From Gordius albopunctatus (taxonomy: Eukaryota), in NCBI GenBank assembly GCA_964276515.1, contig OZ193909.1:20460001-20524000 (forward strand): DNA of 64,000 nt, written 5' to 3'. Shown piece by piece: positions 1 through 13,640 of the stretch. A model generated the notes under the pieces. That model saw only the letters and a list, made by a program, of their open reading frames with translations. It did no database searches and had not been told where the DNA came from. Positions within the stretch are counted from its first letter, which is position 1; the number at the start of each line of letters is the position of its first letter. The translations under genes and the position numbers were made by a program.

Positions 1-2505
1 CGAAAGCTCGGGAATTAGGAGAAGGATACAAGCTTTTCTACAGTGGGTCACCAAATCGTAGAAACGGGGTCGGTATCGTTCTAAGCGAATCGTTCAAGGA
101 CAAGGTGGTGGAAGTCAAACGTTGTTCCGACAGGCTGATGTGGGTGAAGATTGCGGATCAAGGGGGCCTCCTAACCGTTATGTGCGCGTATGCTCCCCAA
201 ATTGGGTGTTCGGAATCAGAGAAAGACATATTCTTCGAATCATTGGAAAAGGAAATACAAGGAATCCGACAGGAAGAAAGGCTAATTATTGGGGCCGATT
301 TCAACGCTCACGTAGGGAAAGATCGCCTCGGGTATGAACGCAATCATATAGGCTATGGGCATGGTCTGAAGAACAAAGAAGGGGAAAATCTTCTCCAAGT
401 ATCCCAAGCATATGACATGGCAATCGTTAACACCTATTTTCAAAAGCGCGAAGATCATATTGTGACCTATAGAAGTGGGAAGCATTTTAGTCAAATCGAC
501 TATTTGCTAATACGGCGAAAGGACTTATGGAGTATCAAGGATTGCAAAGTAATACCGGGAGAAGAAATCGCCAGGCAACATCGTCCCCTTGTTATGGATC
601 TTGACAGAAGAGTATTTCCTGAAAGAAGAAAGGTATATGAACCTCGAATTCGATACGAAAGGCTAAAGGATACGTCGACGAACGAAGAATACCATCAAAA
701 AGCCTCCTCACTCTTGGGTGCAAGGAAGTTGCAAAGGGACGTAGACGAAGATTGGGAGACGCTATCTAAGGACATTAAGGAAACAGCGATTCGTGTTCTA
801 GGACAGACCAAAGGAGGCAAAGCTATGAATAGGGAACTATGGTGGTGTGATCAATCGGTTAAAGATTTCATCGAAATAAAGAAAAATCTATATAGACGGT
901 GGCATAAATCAAAAAAGTCGGAGGATTATCAAGAGTACAGGGACGCAAAGAGGGCCGCAAAAAAGGCCGTTGCAAAAGCAAAGAATGCTGGGTACACCGA
1001 GATGGCAAACAAACTGGATCATAAAGGGGGCGATAGGCTTATGTACAAATTGGCCAAGATAAGGGAGAAGAAAATTCGAGATGTCGGAGTTCTTAAAATA
1101 GTCAAAAGCGAGAAGGGTCAAACCTTATTCAAGCCGAAGGAAGTGATGGAAAGGTGGAAAGGATATTTTAAGAAACTTATGAATATTGCAAATGACAAGG
1201 ATTCCCTTCCCGAAATTGAGCCAAATATAAGTATGGTCGAACTCTTTCAGAAGGATGAAGTTAGGACACGAATGAACAAGATGCAAAAAGGACAAGCAAA
1301 TGGCCCAGATGGAATACCTATGGAAGCATTGCTCGGATGTCGTGAGGAAGGAGTCACCACCATGACGAACCTCCTTAATAAGATATTGGTAGAAGAGCGA
1401 ATCCCTAATCAATGGAGAGCAAGCACGATTATACCTTATTCAAAGGCAAAGGAGACCCTCAGGACTGCGGAAATTACAGAGGTATCAAGTTAACTTGCCA
1501 CTCCTTGAAGCTTATGGAAAAGATCTTAGTAACAAGGCTGAAAAACTAAGTGTAAATATCGGCTAATCAATTCGGATTCGTGAACGGCAAATCAACAATC
1601 GATCCAATCTTCCCCCTAAGACAAATGATGTATAAGTATGGTGAAAAGAGGAAATACCTACATATGGTTTTTATCGACTCGGAGAAAGCTTATGACACGG
1701 TCCCCCGCGATTTAATATGGTGGTGCCTGAGGAAACAAAATATCCCTGACGCATATATACGGCTTATGAAAAATATCTATGAAGCCTCAAACTCTTGCGT
1801 TAGGACGACAGTTGGAGACTCTAAACCTTTTCGGGTTAATATTGGATTACATCAAGGCTCTGCTTTAAGTCCCTCTTTATTTAATATAATTATAGACACG
1901 ATAACGAGGGACTTTCAAAAGCCATCACCATGGTGTATGCTATATGCCGATGATATAGTACTATGCGAGGAAACAAGGGAGAAGGTATTCGAAGAAGCAG
2001 AAAAGTGATCAAAGCGCTTAGCTGGATATGGTTTAAAGGTCAACGATCGAAAAACGTTATACATGGAAATGAACGGTACAAGCACCCCATCGCTGGATGA
2101 CCACCTAAAGTACCCAAAAGTAGACAGGTTTACTTACCTCGGCTCTATGCTACATCAAGAGGGAGGTTGTGCAACTGAAATCAATGCCCGGATTCAAAAA
2201 GGATGGCTTAAATGGCGAAGTATATCCGGTGTAATGTGCGACAGGAAAATGCCAATATGGTTGAAGAGCAAAGCTTACAAATCCATCGTAAGACCGGTGT
2301 TACTCTATGGAAGTGAAACATGGGCATTAAACACCACGGAAGGAAAGCTATTACAAGCCACGGAGATGAGAATGATACGGTGGAGCTTGGGGTATACTAA
2401 GCTCGACCATATGACGAATGACTTTCTCATGACAAAAATGGGTATTCAACCTATGGCGGACATGATTAACGAAAATCGGCTAAGGTGGTATGGACATATA
2501 CTAAG
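1..2505 (+). mobile_element. RTE-clade non-LTR retrotransposon (APE endonuclease + RT), degenerate; its 5' part is cut by the window edge
   Basis: ORF 105-1493 has APE motifs (CAYAPQ, GADFNAH, SQIDYLL). ORFs 1580-2008 and 2063-~2505 carry RT motifs (KAYDTV, GLHQGSALSP, YADD, FTYLGS, LLYGSETW, RLRWYGH). Frameshifts and stops lie between them. Confidence 0.93.
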
Positions 2506-2813
2506 TTCCACAGAAAAAATCCTTAAGGAATGCTGGCGGTTTCCGGCTACGTTGTGGGTATCTCGGTTCTTCCCTAGGCGTTCCTGTCTGGTTTTGGCTT
2601 TGTTCCCTTGTCGCACTTGTTACCCTGTTTTGCATTTGTTCCATTGGCGCATTTGTTCCCACTTCCCTTTCTGGTGATATTCTTTGTGGCCACCCGTTCT
2701 CTTGCCCCAGCGTGGTCCAATCTAGGATTTTCCGTTTCCTTACTTGATCCAGGTGTCGGTGGTGCTTTCTTCCCTGTGCCCATACATCGTAGGAACGACT
2801 CCCGTGTTTGGCT

Positions 2814-5800
2814 TTATCGTGCTTCCACACATTTTCTTGGACCCAGGAACATGCGTACCCACACCAAGTCTCCTACGTTGAACATTCGTGGGTTCCCGGT
2901 CTCTACCCATTGTTGCGGTACGGTTTCCCTTAATACCTCCCATTCGGTTCGCATACGCCTTTTTAACATCATCTCTGCCGGGCTTTTATTGGTTGTGTGG
3001 TGTTTTGTCGATCTATAGTTTTCCAGAAATCTATTTATCCCTACTTCCGACTCGTTCCTCATGATGGCTTCTTTCATTAATCGTACGTATCTTTCTGCCA
3101 AACCGTTCGACGCAGGATGGTACGGAGCTGTCCATCGCTGATTAATCCCTCTCATCTTGCAAATGTTTTTTAAATCCTGTCCTTTGAATTGTGGGCCATT
3201 ATCCGATATTAGCCATGGTGGATTTCCAAATCTCGCAAACGTCTCGGCAAGTTTTTTTATAATGGTTGTCGACGTGGTGTCTTCTAACTTAAACACCTCT
3301 ACCCATTTCGAACTATTGTCAACCATCACGAGGTATAATTTACCCTTGAGAGGCCCCATGATATCGATATCTACTTGGACCCATGGTTTTTGGCTAGGTT
3401 GACACTCTATCAACGGTGCCTTCTTCGCCGCCGTGGCCGTGTAATTGCAATTCCGGCATCCTTTCGCTACGCTCAATAAGTCCTCGTCGAGAGTAGGCCA
3501 CCATATATACTGCCGCGCCACTTCTTGCATTCGCTTGATACCCACGTGGCCCCTATGTAGTCTTTGTAGTACCGCTCCTCGTAACTTAGCCGGAATTAAT
3601 ATTCGTCGCCCTTTGTAATATATTATGCTCTTGGCCTCATGCAACTTTGGCAGGTGTTTTTCGTAGGTGCGTTTTAGCCCACCCGTGACCATTGTGTTTT
3701 GTTTACCTTTCATCCACTCTTTTACTTGACGTAGCCCCGGATCCTCCCAGGTGCGTTGTCTTACTACGTCCAATGAAATAAACGGATTCGTCGAGTCTTC
3801 TGGAATTTCTTCGGTAACCTGATACGCGTGTTCGTTCGGTTTCCTGGACAAGAAATCTGCCGCGTTTTCGGCTCCCTTGTTGTACTCGAACTTGGTTGTG
3901 TAGCCTGATACCATGAGCACCCACCTAGTTAGCCGAGGTGACCATTGTTCCTTGCCCTTTTTGCTCTGGTCGAATATATATACTAGCGGTCTATGATCCG
4001 TCATAATAGTTACGCTTCGTCCCTGTATAAATTCATTGAACTTTTTTAGTCCATACACCACCGCCAGAGCCTCTCGTTCGATCGTCGCATACCGGCTTTC
4101 GCTATCGTTTAACGCTCTTGACGCATAGGCCACCACCCTCCAATTCTCTCCTGGTGCTCGTTGCTGTAAGATGGCCCCTAACCCTGTACTAGAGGCGTCT
4201 ACTACCAGCCCCGTCTCCCAATCTCCACTAAAGTACGCCAGTACGGGGGCTTTCGTAAGGGCGGATTTGATAGCTTCAAACGAGCCTTGTTGTTCTCTAC
4301 CCCAGTGGTACAACACATTTTTTTTCATTAGTTTTTGAATCGGGTGTATGATTTTGGCGTAGTCCTTAATGAACTTTGCAAAGTATGCTGTTAACCCCAG
4401 GAAGGATTTTATTTCATTTTCGTTTGTTAAATTTTTCCACTGCTTGACTATTTCGGCTTTATTGTCGTTGATTTGAATCCCACTGTTACTTATTATGTAT
4501 CCCAAAAAGGTTACTTCCTTCGCCCACAAGTTGCTCTTGGTAATGTTTGGCACGAACCCCCACTTTTGTAACGTTTCTAGTACTTTGAGTAACCGCTCGT
4601 TGTGAATTTCTTCCGTTTCCCCTGCAATTAGTATGTCGTCGATGTATACCGCTACCCCCTCCATGCCTCCTAATATTTGGTCCATTGTTTTTTGGAAAAT
4701 AGCCGCGGCACAATTTAAACCAAACGGCATCCGGTTAACCTTGAATAAGCCCTTGTAAGTCGAGATCGTCAACCGTTGGCTCGTCTCTGGTCCTAATTCA
4801 AGCTGTAAGTACGCTTTCGTGAGGTCTAGCTTCGTACAATAACACGCGTTATCGAGTTTATTTAACAAATCGTCGATTTTGGGTAAGGGGTACATCAACC
4901 CTTGTGCGTATTTATTTATCGTAAACCGGTAGTCTATACATAATCGCAGAGTCCCATCGCTTTTTTTCACGGGTACCACTGGGCTGGCCCATCTAGAGAA
5001 ATCGATTGGTTCTATCACCCCGTCTCTGACCCATTTATTCAGTTCTTCTTCTATTTCTTTCTTCCACGCCATCGTCACTCTTCGCGCGGGGATAAATACG
5101 GGATCTATGCCCTCTTTTACCGGTACTTCCACCGTTATTCCCTTGACTGCTTGCGGGAATTCGTTTCGCTGGCCCTCCCATCGCTTCATCACGTGCTGTA
5201 TCGCTAACTTGATATCCTTCGGTCTTTCCACGTAATTGACCGCGAACCATTCCGCCGCTGTTCTCGAGTTCCAACGCATTTGACGCCATACTTCGGGTTC
5301 GAATTCTTGTATCCAATCGATCCCGCATAGCGGCGGCCCCGCTACATCTGCTAGCAATAACGACAGCTGTTTCCTCGTGTAACCCAATCGGACATCGGCT
5401 TGTACCTTGGCTACGATCTTTATTTCCCCGTGGCCGTAGGCGTACACCGTCGGGACGGCCTCTTTGTTGCGTGGGATCTCCTTCGCCCATCTTTGCGCTG
5501 GTAATATCGAAACCGTAGCGCCGGTATCGACGATAAATTGGAACAATTCGTTATTAATATATATATCAACTGTTAACACATCTAAAGCATGGTTTAACCT
5601 GGGAATCCGGACCGGCCCAGGCCACGCTTCTCGTCTCGCAACTACGCTCCACGCCTCTTCGCCCCCGTCCTGCAAGGTGCTTAGCCCGCCATTTATCGTG
5701 TCGGCCGTTACTGCCAGCTCCCGTAGGCGGTCCCATTTGATGTCATTTTCTGCCAACAGTCTCGCTTGTAAGCTTCTATCGCGCAATCCTATAATGGATT

Positions 5801-6173
5801 GGTCGACGATTCTGCTCTGCACTTCTTCATTTCCGAAGTTGCAGCTATTAGCCCCGGCCTTGAGTCTATTAGCGTACGTGTCTATCGTCTCTCCCTAGCC
5901 TTGTCGGAGCTTTGAGAATTCGTACCTCTTTGCCCTCGTACATGAATTTCTCTGGAATAATTTCCTTAATCGATTTTTCGCTTCTTCGTATGTAATTCCT
6001 GTCAACTCTTGCGGTCTATAACCCTCTAGTATTAATTGGAATGCATCCCCCTCGAGGCTGGTTAATAATAGCGCGGCATTTTGTTCATCTGTCTCCGTCT
6101 TATTGTTCCTAAGGAATAACTCAAATTGGGTTAAGAAAGCGTCGATGTTAGCCGTTGTTTTATATTTCTGCAT
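2814..6173 (-). pseudogene. Gypsy gag-pol polyprotein with one in-frame TAG (5895-5897) in gag
   Basis: ORFs 5895-6173 and 2814-5822 are in the same frame. Motifs: VDTGA protease, YIDD RT, VDAS/TDHRPL RNase H, HHCC zinc finger and DDE integrase (VDIDI, SDNGPQF, NGLAER). Confidence 0.9.
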
Positions 6174-6182
6174 CTCCGCGTA

Positions 6183-6202
6183 GGATCCTACTCACGACGC
6201 CA
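6183..6202 (-). promoter_or_regulatory. Primer-binding site of Gypsy copy 1
   Basis: Minus-strand TGGCGTCGTGAGTAGGATCC lies 1 nt inside the LTR end; the cognate tRNA was not identified. Confidence 0.7.
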
Positions 6203-6203
6203 C

Positions 6204-6440
6204 TGTTAAGGGCTGATATTTATTCACGTAAACTATTAGGGGTGTGATACAAAAAAAACGACTACAACCACAAGTGTCCTGGCGTATATATCCAACGCCT
6301 TTATATGTTACAACCAATTAACGATAATTTGATCGCCAACGCGCGTGTAAATAACATCAAATTTGATCGCCAACGCGCGTGTAAATAACATCAACACGCA
6401 GGTAACTATCGTATCCCTGGAGGCACTTTACCTCTCTACA
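6204..6440 (-). repeat. 5' LTR of Gypsy copy 1, with an internal ~34-bp tandem duplication
   Basis: TGTTAAG...CTCTCTACA ends; homologous to 9901-10108; AATTTGATCGCCAACGCGCGTGTAAATAACATCA occurs twice at ~6326-6393. Confidence 0.85.
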
Positions 6441-6498
6441 AAAACAAACCCCACCAATGTGGGACCAAATGACTGATAAAGAAGAAGAAGAAGAAGAG
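6441..6498 (+). mobile_element. 3' terminus and (GAA)n tail of the interrupted RTE
   Basis: CCAATGTGGGACCAAATGACTGATAAA(GAA)n; a near-identical end occurs inverted at ~59986-60035. Confidence 0.75.
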
Positions 6499-6991
6499 AT
6501 GGTGTTAACATACAAAGATATGTCATACGGCTGCTGGTTTACTGATTATTTTTGAATTATTTCAATTAACATTTTATAAATTTTAATTAACTTTAAATAA
6601 AGTAAAAAAGACAATTTTACATATACCATTTGATTTTAGAATAGTTGAGACATTTTTATCAATATTATTGTTTAAAACAATAGATGTGAGTGTTTCAATT
6701 GAATCTTCTTCATTGAACAAATTTAAATACTCTAGAAATTATAATTGTCATATCCATGAGAAACTCTCAAAAAGGGAACCAGTCCTTATAAGGCATGGAC
6801 ATGTGATAAGAGGAAAAACAAAGGAAGGGAGAAGGAAGGTTACCAAAATTTGGGTTGGTAGTTAAATGGTACAAGAACACAGCTATAAATTAAGACTTGG
6901 CCTGAAAGAAGTAGCAGAAGGAAGCAAGGGTACGACACAACCTGGGAATAAATATCGAATTGGCATAAGAAAGGTAGGGGAAACCTAGAAC

Positions 6992-7796
6992 TAGTGATGA
7001 TCAAAACATAGGTCAGGTTTTCCCGAGGTTCAACCTCAGGTCGGTTTTAGGTTCTGGCGTTCTAAAACCTGGCAAGGTTTTTGAACACCCGAACCTTAAC
7101 CTGAGGTTGATCCCAAAAATCAACCTGAAAAACCTTCAGGTCAATTTTATCCCCAACCTGAAACCCAGGTTGACCTCAGGTTAACCTGATAAAAATCTCT
7201 TGTTTTATGCGATAAATTTAAGAATAAATTTTTATTTTACTTTAACTATTTTCCTTTTTCAAGATGCGTCAAACCTTTTAAATATTTACAATTTTAAATG
7301 AACAAAAAATGGTTTTTGGTTATTATTTAAAAAAAATAAGATTTTTTTATATAAAAACTTAATTAATTGTTAAACATGTATATTACTCGATGACGCCATC
7401 TATATGTTTATAAATTTTGATAAACATATCCTATACAAGTTTAACAATTAATTAAATTTTTATATAAAAAAATCTTATTTTTTTTTAAATAATAACCAAA
7501 AACTATTTTTTCTTCATTTAAAATTGTAAATATTTAAAAAAGTTTGACGCATCTTGAAAAAGGAAAATAGTTTAAGTAAAATAAAAATTTATTCTTAAAT
7601 TTATCGCATAAAACAAGAGATTTTTATCAGGTTAACCTGAGGTCAACCTGGGTTTCAGGTTGGGGATAAAATTGACCTGAAGGTTTTTCAGGTTGATTTT
7701 CGGGATCAACCTCAGGTTAAGGCTTGCCAGGTTTTTGAACGCCCCAACCTGAACCTTCAGGTTGCCTGATCAAAACCTAGGTTTTGATCATCACTA
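6992..7796. mobile_element. Fold-back non-autonomous hAT element (MITE)
   Basis: TIR TAGTGATGATCAAAAC...GTTTTGATCATCACTA; 8-bp TSD CCTAGAAC (6984-6991, 7797-7804); internal arms ~7094-7380 and ~7433-7722 are near-perfect inverted copies. Confidence 0.88.
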
Positions 7797-8719
7797 CCTA
7801 GAACTGTCAGCTGAGGGTTCCAAAGGACGTGGAAAAGCCTTGGAAGCGAAGGGCCATTCATCACGGAATTGGCGCGGGAAAATGGGTCAGAAAGAAAAGA
7901 AGTTTCAAGGATAAGGATACAGGCCAAGAAAATCAAAAACCTAAATAAGTTCCAGCAAAATCGATACTCCAGAGAAAAATAGGATTTTCTCCCGTAGAAT
8001 GAGAATTTCTCCATTGTAAACCCAATCCCCCCCCCCCCCTGTAATCGCTAGAAATTATATTCCTGCGCTATTATTGTCTTGTTAACAATTATTGCCGAAT
8101 ACTTCAATTATATATCGTGTCCGGAATTGTATCATAGTTATTTGAGTGAATAAACTAGTATTTGGAGTATCACAGATTTGGTGAATAATCGTACAAATAA
8201 ATAATCCCCAGACTAGAAACCAATAAATAATTCCCCCCCCCCTTTGGTCGGAGGATGTAAAAATTATATTTGGTAAAATTTGTATATATACAGAATAGAT
8301 AACATAAATATTAGTAGTCAACAATGCTCATTGCTTAATTATGTTTAAAATTGGCAATGTAATCACAATATTTATAACAATTAATATATATAAGAAATCA
8401 ATTACTATAACTATACTATATAAACATAAAATAAAAGCCTAAGTCACTTACTAGAAATACCATATTTTAAAGAGGAAAAAATCTTGTATACAAACTCTCT
8501 TCATAATTTACAATCAATGGTGGAAGTCGAAAATTAAATTCTAAATATTGAATGTATATATTATGTTTCTAGACTTTTATACGTGTCTCAAAATCTTTTA
8601 TGCAACTAAACTATAATATTTTAACCCATTTAATCTAATTATTAAACAAAAAAAAATCCAAATTTTGGTCAAGGGGCCAGAAACATCCCACTTTCTGCCC
8701 CCTTGGCTACGCGCCTGCA

Positions 8720-9900
8720 TTTAGTGATCAGCTACTTCAAGTAGGTTCTCCATGTATTCCTGCACTTACACCAGCTTCGCTTTGGCTCGTACCTTCTTAA
8801 GTCCATATCTATTTTATGCTTCCATGTCAGCTTAGGTCTCCCTCTCTTTCGCTTACCTTCGACTTGCACTTTCTTGATACGATTTGCCAAGTGACTTTCC
8901 TCCCGTCTGTCCAAATGGCCATACCATCTCAATCTTCTTACCACCAACTTTTTCTGAATCGGAACTACATTTAGTTTATCCCTTATGTCTTGATTTCTTA
9001 TATGGTCCTTTTTGCTTATTCCGTAGATCCATATCAACATTCGTATCTCCATTGTAGCTAAGCTTTGCTCCTCTTTTGCCTTAATTGCCCAGGTTTCCGC
9101 TCCATACAATACCGTGGGTACAATAACGGTGTTATATAACCTTCTTTTCAATTTTAGTGTTATGTGCTTGTCACATAGGACACCACTCAACTCCCTGAAT
9201 TTTAGTCAGCCTGCGTTTATTCTTGCCTTAATTTTGTTTTCCACACCTCCATCACATTGTAGCCTAGAGCCAAGATATTTAAATTCTTTCCTGGTGCTTA
9301 AACACCAGTCATCTATTTGCAGGTGTGTTTCTCTGTATTCATTCCTGACTCCGAGCATACATATTCAGTTTTATTTCAGTTGACCCTAAGGCCTTTGCTT
9401 TCAATTCGTTCCATCCACACTTTTACCTGCTCTGCTAATTCCAAGTTTGAGCATGCGCACAGGACGATATCATCCGCAAAGAGCATTGCCCAAGGTGATC
9501 CGCGTTTCAGGTCCTTCTTTATCGAATCCATTATTGTTATGAAGAGCAATGGACATAGGGTCGATCCTTGATGCACACTAATATTTAGACTGAATCCCTT
9601 TGATGTACCACTGGATGTCCGAACTTTGGTTTTTGCGTTTCTATACATATCCTTTATTAACATTATATAAGCGTCGGGTACACCATTGGAACTCAGGCAA
9701 TCCCATATCAACTGCCTTGGCACTTTATCGAAAGCTTTTTTAAGATCGATGAAACTCATATGAAGATCCTTTTGTTTTTCCCTATATAATTCTATAAGTC
9801 TCCTAAGACCATGTATTGCATCTGAAGTCGACTTTCCAGGCATCAACTCAAATTTTCGTTCATCTATTGATATTATTTTTCGGAGTCTAGCTTCTATAAC
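8720..9900 (-). mobile_element. Second RTE-clade LINE fragment (RT C-terminal half), a different subfamily
   Basis: ORFs 9376-9846 (FIDLKKAFDKV, HQGSTLCP, FADD) and 8732-9190 (VLYGAETW, RLRWYGH, RKRGRPK). Confidence 0.9.
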
Positions 9901-12578
9901 TGTTGAAGGGCTGGATCTTTATTCACATAAACTATTAGGACTGGGATACAATAATCGAAAAAGTGACCATCACCGTATATAACAAACGAATATATAAGTT
10001 ACAACCAATTAACGATAATTTGATCGACAACTCGCAGGTCAATAACGTAAAAACGCCGGTAACTAACGTATCCCCGGAGGCACTTCGCACTCCTATTACC
10101 TCTCTACAGTTCCCCCCTTTTCTCAGACAAAATCCTTAAGGAATGCTGGCGGTTTCCGGCTACGCTGTGGGTATCTCAGTTCTTCCCTAGGTGTTCCTGC
10201 CTGGTTTTGGCTTTGTTTCCTTGTCGCACTTGTTCCCCTGTTTTGCATTTGTTCCCTTGGCGCATTTGTTCCCTCTTCCCTTTCTGATGATATTCTTTGT
10301 GTGGCCACCCGTTCTCTTGTCCCAGCGTGGTCCAATCCAGGATTCTCCGTTTCCTTACTTAATCCAGGTGTCGGTGGTGCTTTCTTCCCTGTGTCCATAC
10401 ATCGTAGGAACGACTCCCCTGTTTGGCTTTTATCGTGCCTTCTACCCATTTGCTTGGACCCAGGAACATGCGTACCCAAACCAAGGCTTCTACGTTGAAC
10501 ATTCGTGGGTTCCCGGTCTCTACCCATTGTTTTGGTACAGTTTCCCTTAATACCTCCCATTCGGTTCGCATACGCCTTTTTAACATCATCTCTGCCGGGC
10601 TTTTATTGTTTGCGGAGTGTTTTGTCGATCTATAGTTTTCCAGAAATCTATTTATCCCTACTTCCGACTCGTTCCTCATGATGGCTTCTTTCATTAATCG
10701 TACGTATCTTTCTGCCAAACCGTTCGACGCAGGATGGTACGGAGCTGTCCATCGCTGATTAATCCCTCTCATCTTGCAAATGTTTTGTAAATCCTGTCCT
10801 TTGAATTGTGGGCCATTATCTGATATTAGCCATGGTGGATTTATAAATCTCGCAAACGTCTCGGCAAGTTTTTTTATAATGGTTGTCGATGTGGTGTCTT
10901 CTAACTTAAACACCTCTACCCATTTCGAACTATTGTCCACCATCACGAGGTATTATTTACCCTTGAGAGGCCCCATGATATCGATATGTACTTGGACCCA
11001 TGGTTTTTGGCTAGGTTGACACTCTATCAACGGTGCCTTCTTCGCCGCCGTGGCCGTGTAATTGCAATTCCGGCATCCTTTCGCTACGCTCAATAAGTCC
11101 TCGTCGAGAGTAGGCCACCATATATACTGCCGCGCCACTTCTTGCATTCGCTTGATACCCACGTGGCCCCTATGTAGTCTTTGTAGTACCGCTCCTCGTA
11201 ACTTAGCCGGAATTAATATTCGTCGCCCTTTGTAATATATTATGCTCTTGGCCTCATGCAACTTTGGCAGGTGTTTTTCGTAGGTGCGTTTTAGCCCACC
11301 CGTGACCATTGTGTTTTGTTTACCTTTAATCCACTCTTTTACTTGACGTAGCCCCGGATCCTCCCAGGTGCGTTGTCTTACTACGTCCAATGAAATAAAC
11401 GGATTCGTCGAGTCTTCTGGGATTTCCTCGGTAACCTGATACGCGTGTTCGTTCTGTTTCCTGGACAAGAAATCTGCCGCGTTTTCGGCTCCCTTGTTGT
11501 ACTCGAACCTGGTCGTGTAGCCTGATACCATGGGCGCCCACCTAGTTAGACGAGGTGACCATTGTTCCTTGCCCTTTTTGCTCTGATAAAATATATATAC
11601 TAGCGGTCTATGATCCGTCATAATAGTTACGCTTCGTCCCTGTATAAATTCATTGAACTTTTTTAGTCCATACACCACCGCCAGAGCCTCTCGTTCGATC
11701 GTCGCATACCGGCTTTCGCTATCGTTTAACGCTCTTGACGCATAGGCCACCACCCTCCAATTCTCCCCTGGTGCTCGTTGCTGTAAGATGGCCCCTAACC
11801 CTGTACCAGAGGCGTCTACGACCAGGCCAGTCTCCCAATCTCCATTAAAGTACGCCAGTACGGGGCCTTTCGTAAGTGCGGACTTGATAGCTTCAAATGC
11901 GCCTTGTTCTCCCCCCAGTGGTACACCACATTTTTTTTCATTCGTTTCTGAATCGGGTGCACAATTTTGCCGTAGTCCTTAATGAACTTTGAAAAGTATG
12001 CTGTTAACCCCAGGAAGGATTTTATTTCATTTTCGTTTGTTAAATTTTTCCACTGCTTGACTATTTCGGCTTTATTGTCGTTGATTTGAATCCCACTGTT
12101 ACTTATTACGTATCCCAAAAAGGTTACTTCCTTCGCCCACAAGTTGCTCTTGGCAATGTTTGGCACGAACCCCCACTTTTGTAACGTTTCTAGTACTTTG
12201 AGTAACCGCCCATTGTGAATTTTTTCCGTTTCCCCTGCAATTAGTATGTCGTCGATGTATACCGCTACCCCCTCCATGCCTCCTAATATTTGGTCCATTG
12301 TTTTTGGAAAATAGCCGCGGCACAATTTAAACCAAACGGCATCCGGTTAACCTTGAATAAGCCCTTGTGCGTCGAGATCGTCAATTGTTGGCTCGTCTCT
12401 GGCCCTAATTCCAGCTGTAAGTACGCTTTCGTAAGGTCCAGCTTCGTAAAATAACACGCGTTGTCGAGTTTATTTAACAAATTGTCGATTTTGGGTAAGG
12501 GGTACAGCAATCCTTGTGCGTATTTATTTATCGTAAACCGGTAGTCTATACATAATCGCAGAGTCCCATCGCTTTTTT
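9901..12578 (-). mobile_element. Ty3/Gypsy copy 2 (3' LTR, PPT and RT-RH-INT; 5' half lost)
   Basis: LTR 9901-10108 (TG..CA); polypurine tract AAAAGGGGGGAAC at ~10109-10121; internal region highly similar to ~2515-4967 but with frameshifts and stops. Confidence 0.92.
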
Positions 12579-12699
12579 AATTCCATTATTGTTTTTGTGC
12601 CTGACTGATTACCTTTATTAATTAATTTATTTTGGAAATTTCTCTAGATTCTTAATTACTTTTATCATTGTTTTTTCATTTTATATCAATAACCTAAAT

Positions 12700-13228
12700 A
12701 TTTAAAACGGTGGCAAAGCAAAGAAGCTAAGTAGTTTTATTGAAACATTATAACCTTACTTGGCACAGCGTACATTATATAGCTCTGAAACTTCAGCGTT
12801 TTCCTCTGTTATAATATAACTGACCTGAAATGCGAATCTTATTCTATTATTTAAATAGATTCATAGAAGTTACAACTTTAGAAATAAGATAAGTAAATAT
12901 TTCAAAAAGTTTTTTTATTTGGAACTGTAAAAAATAAATTTTATAAAGTTAAATTTTTAGCTTTAAATTATTATTAGCTTAATATATTGTAACGAGTGAA
13001 AATGGATTTTTTATTTCAAACTCATCCTAGTTGTAAATTACGAGTAATAACAATCTAATGCATTTTATATTTAGATGGTGAAAAATTTTTGAAAAATATA
13101 ATTTTTCGAAAATTTTATTTGAAAAATCGGTTTGGGTTCGGGTCGGGCCAAAAATAAAAAAGTCTTTCGGTCTCGGGCCGGGCTCGGGCCGGGTTCGGGC
13201 AGCAGAAATCTCATTTTTCAGGGCTCTA
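12700..13228. mobile_element. hAT-like MITE family member with GGGCCG-rich subterminal repeats (approximate left end)
   Basis: Ends in CAGGGCTCTA; body is shared with ~32990-33498 and 47792-48380. Confidence 0.6.
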
Positions 13229-13375
13229 TTGATATCTTCGCGACTTTTAATAACAAGTTCAATTCAAGAATTTATTAAAATTATGGCTAAAATTTCAAAA
13301 ATGTTCATTTTGCCCCCCCCCCCAATATTATTGCCCCTCTAATGCTGGTTACGCCCATGTGTTCAACCCACTATC

Positions 13376-13640
13376 TTAGGTCTTGTCTTAATATCGGATT
13401 CAGATTCAAATGGCGCGAATTTATCTTTATCAAATATCCGATTTGATTTCACGTGTCAAACTCGGTTTTAATTATTAATATTTAGTTTTTTGATAATTAA
13501 AACCGTTTTTTAGTTCATTTCAACTCTTGAGATGAATCGCTGTTATATTATGCGTCTGAAATGTAAATCTGCTGCTGTGAATTCGAAGTTAAGACACGGC
13601 AATGTTATAACCCGTGCAACGATTTTTACAAGCCCTTAGG
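13376..13640. mobile_element. Non-autonomous DNA element with a related inverted copy at ~18628-18985
   Basis: Shared blocks ATCGGATTCAGATTCAAAT, CACGTGTCAAACT and GTAAATCTGCTGCTGTGAATTCGAAGTTAAGACAC; CTTAGG at both ends. Confidence 0.55.

Larger units (their letters stand above)
2510..6440 (-). mobile_element. Ty3/Gypsy LTR retrotransposon copy 1 (5' LTR present, 3' LTR lost), inserted in the RTE
   Basis: Domain order PR-RT-RH-INT; TG..CA LTR at 6204-6440 followed on the minus strand by a TGG-starting PBS; RTE sequence on both sides. Confidence 0.93.

Noticed and set aside
5895..5897. In-frame TAG as programmed gag-pol readthrough
   Set aside because: It falls inside a conserved gag motif (LRQG*GETID) rather than at the gag/pol border, so it is most simply a nonsense mutation.
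2501..5898. Many antisense and alternate-frame ORFs over the Gypsy copies
   Set aside because: They are shadow ORFs of the pol coding sequence.
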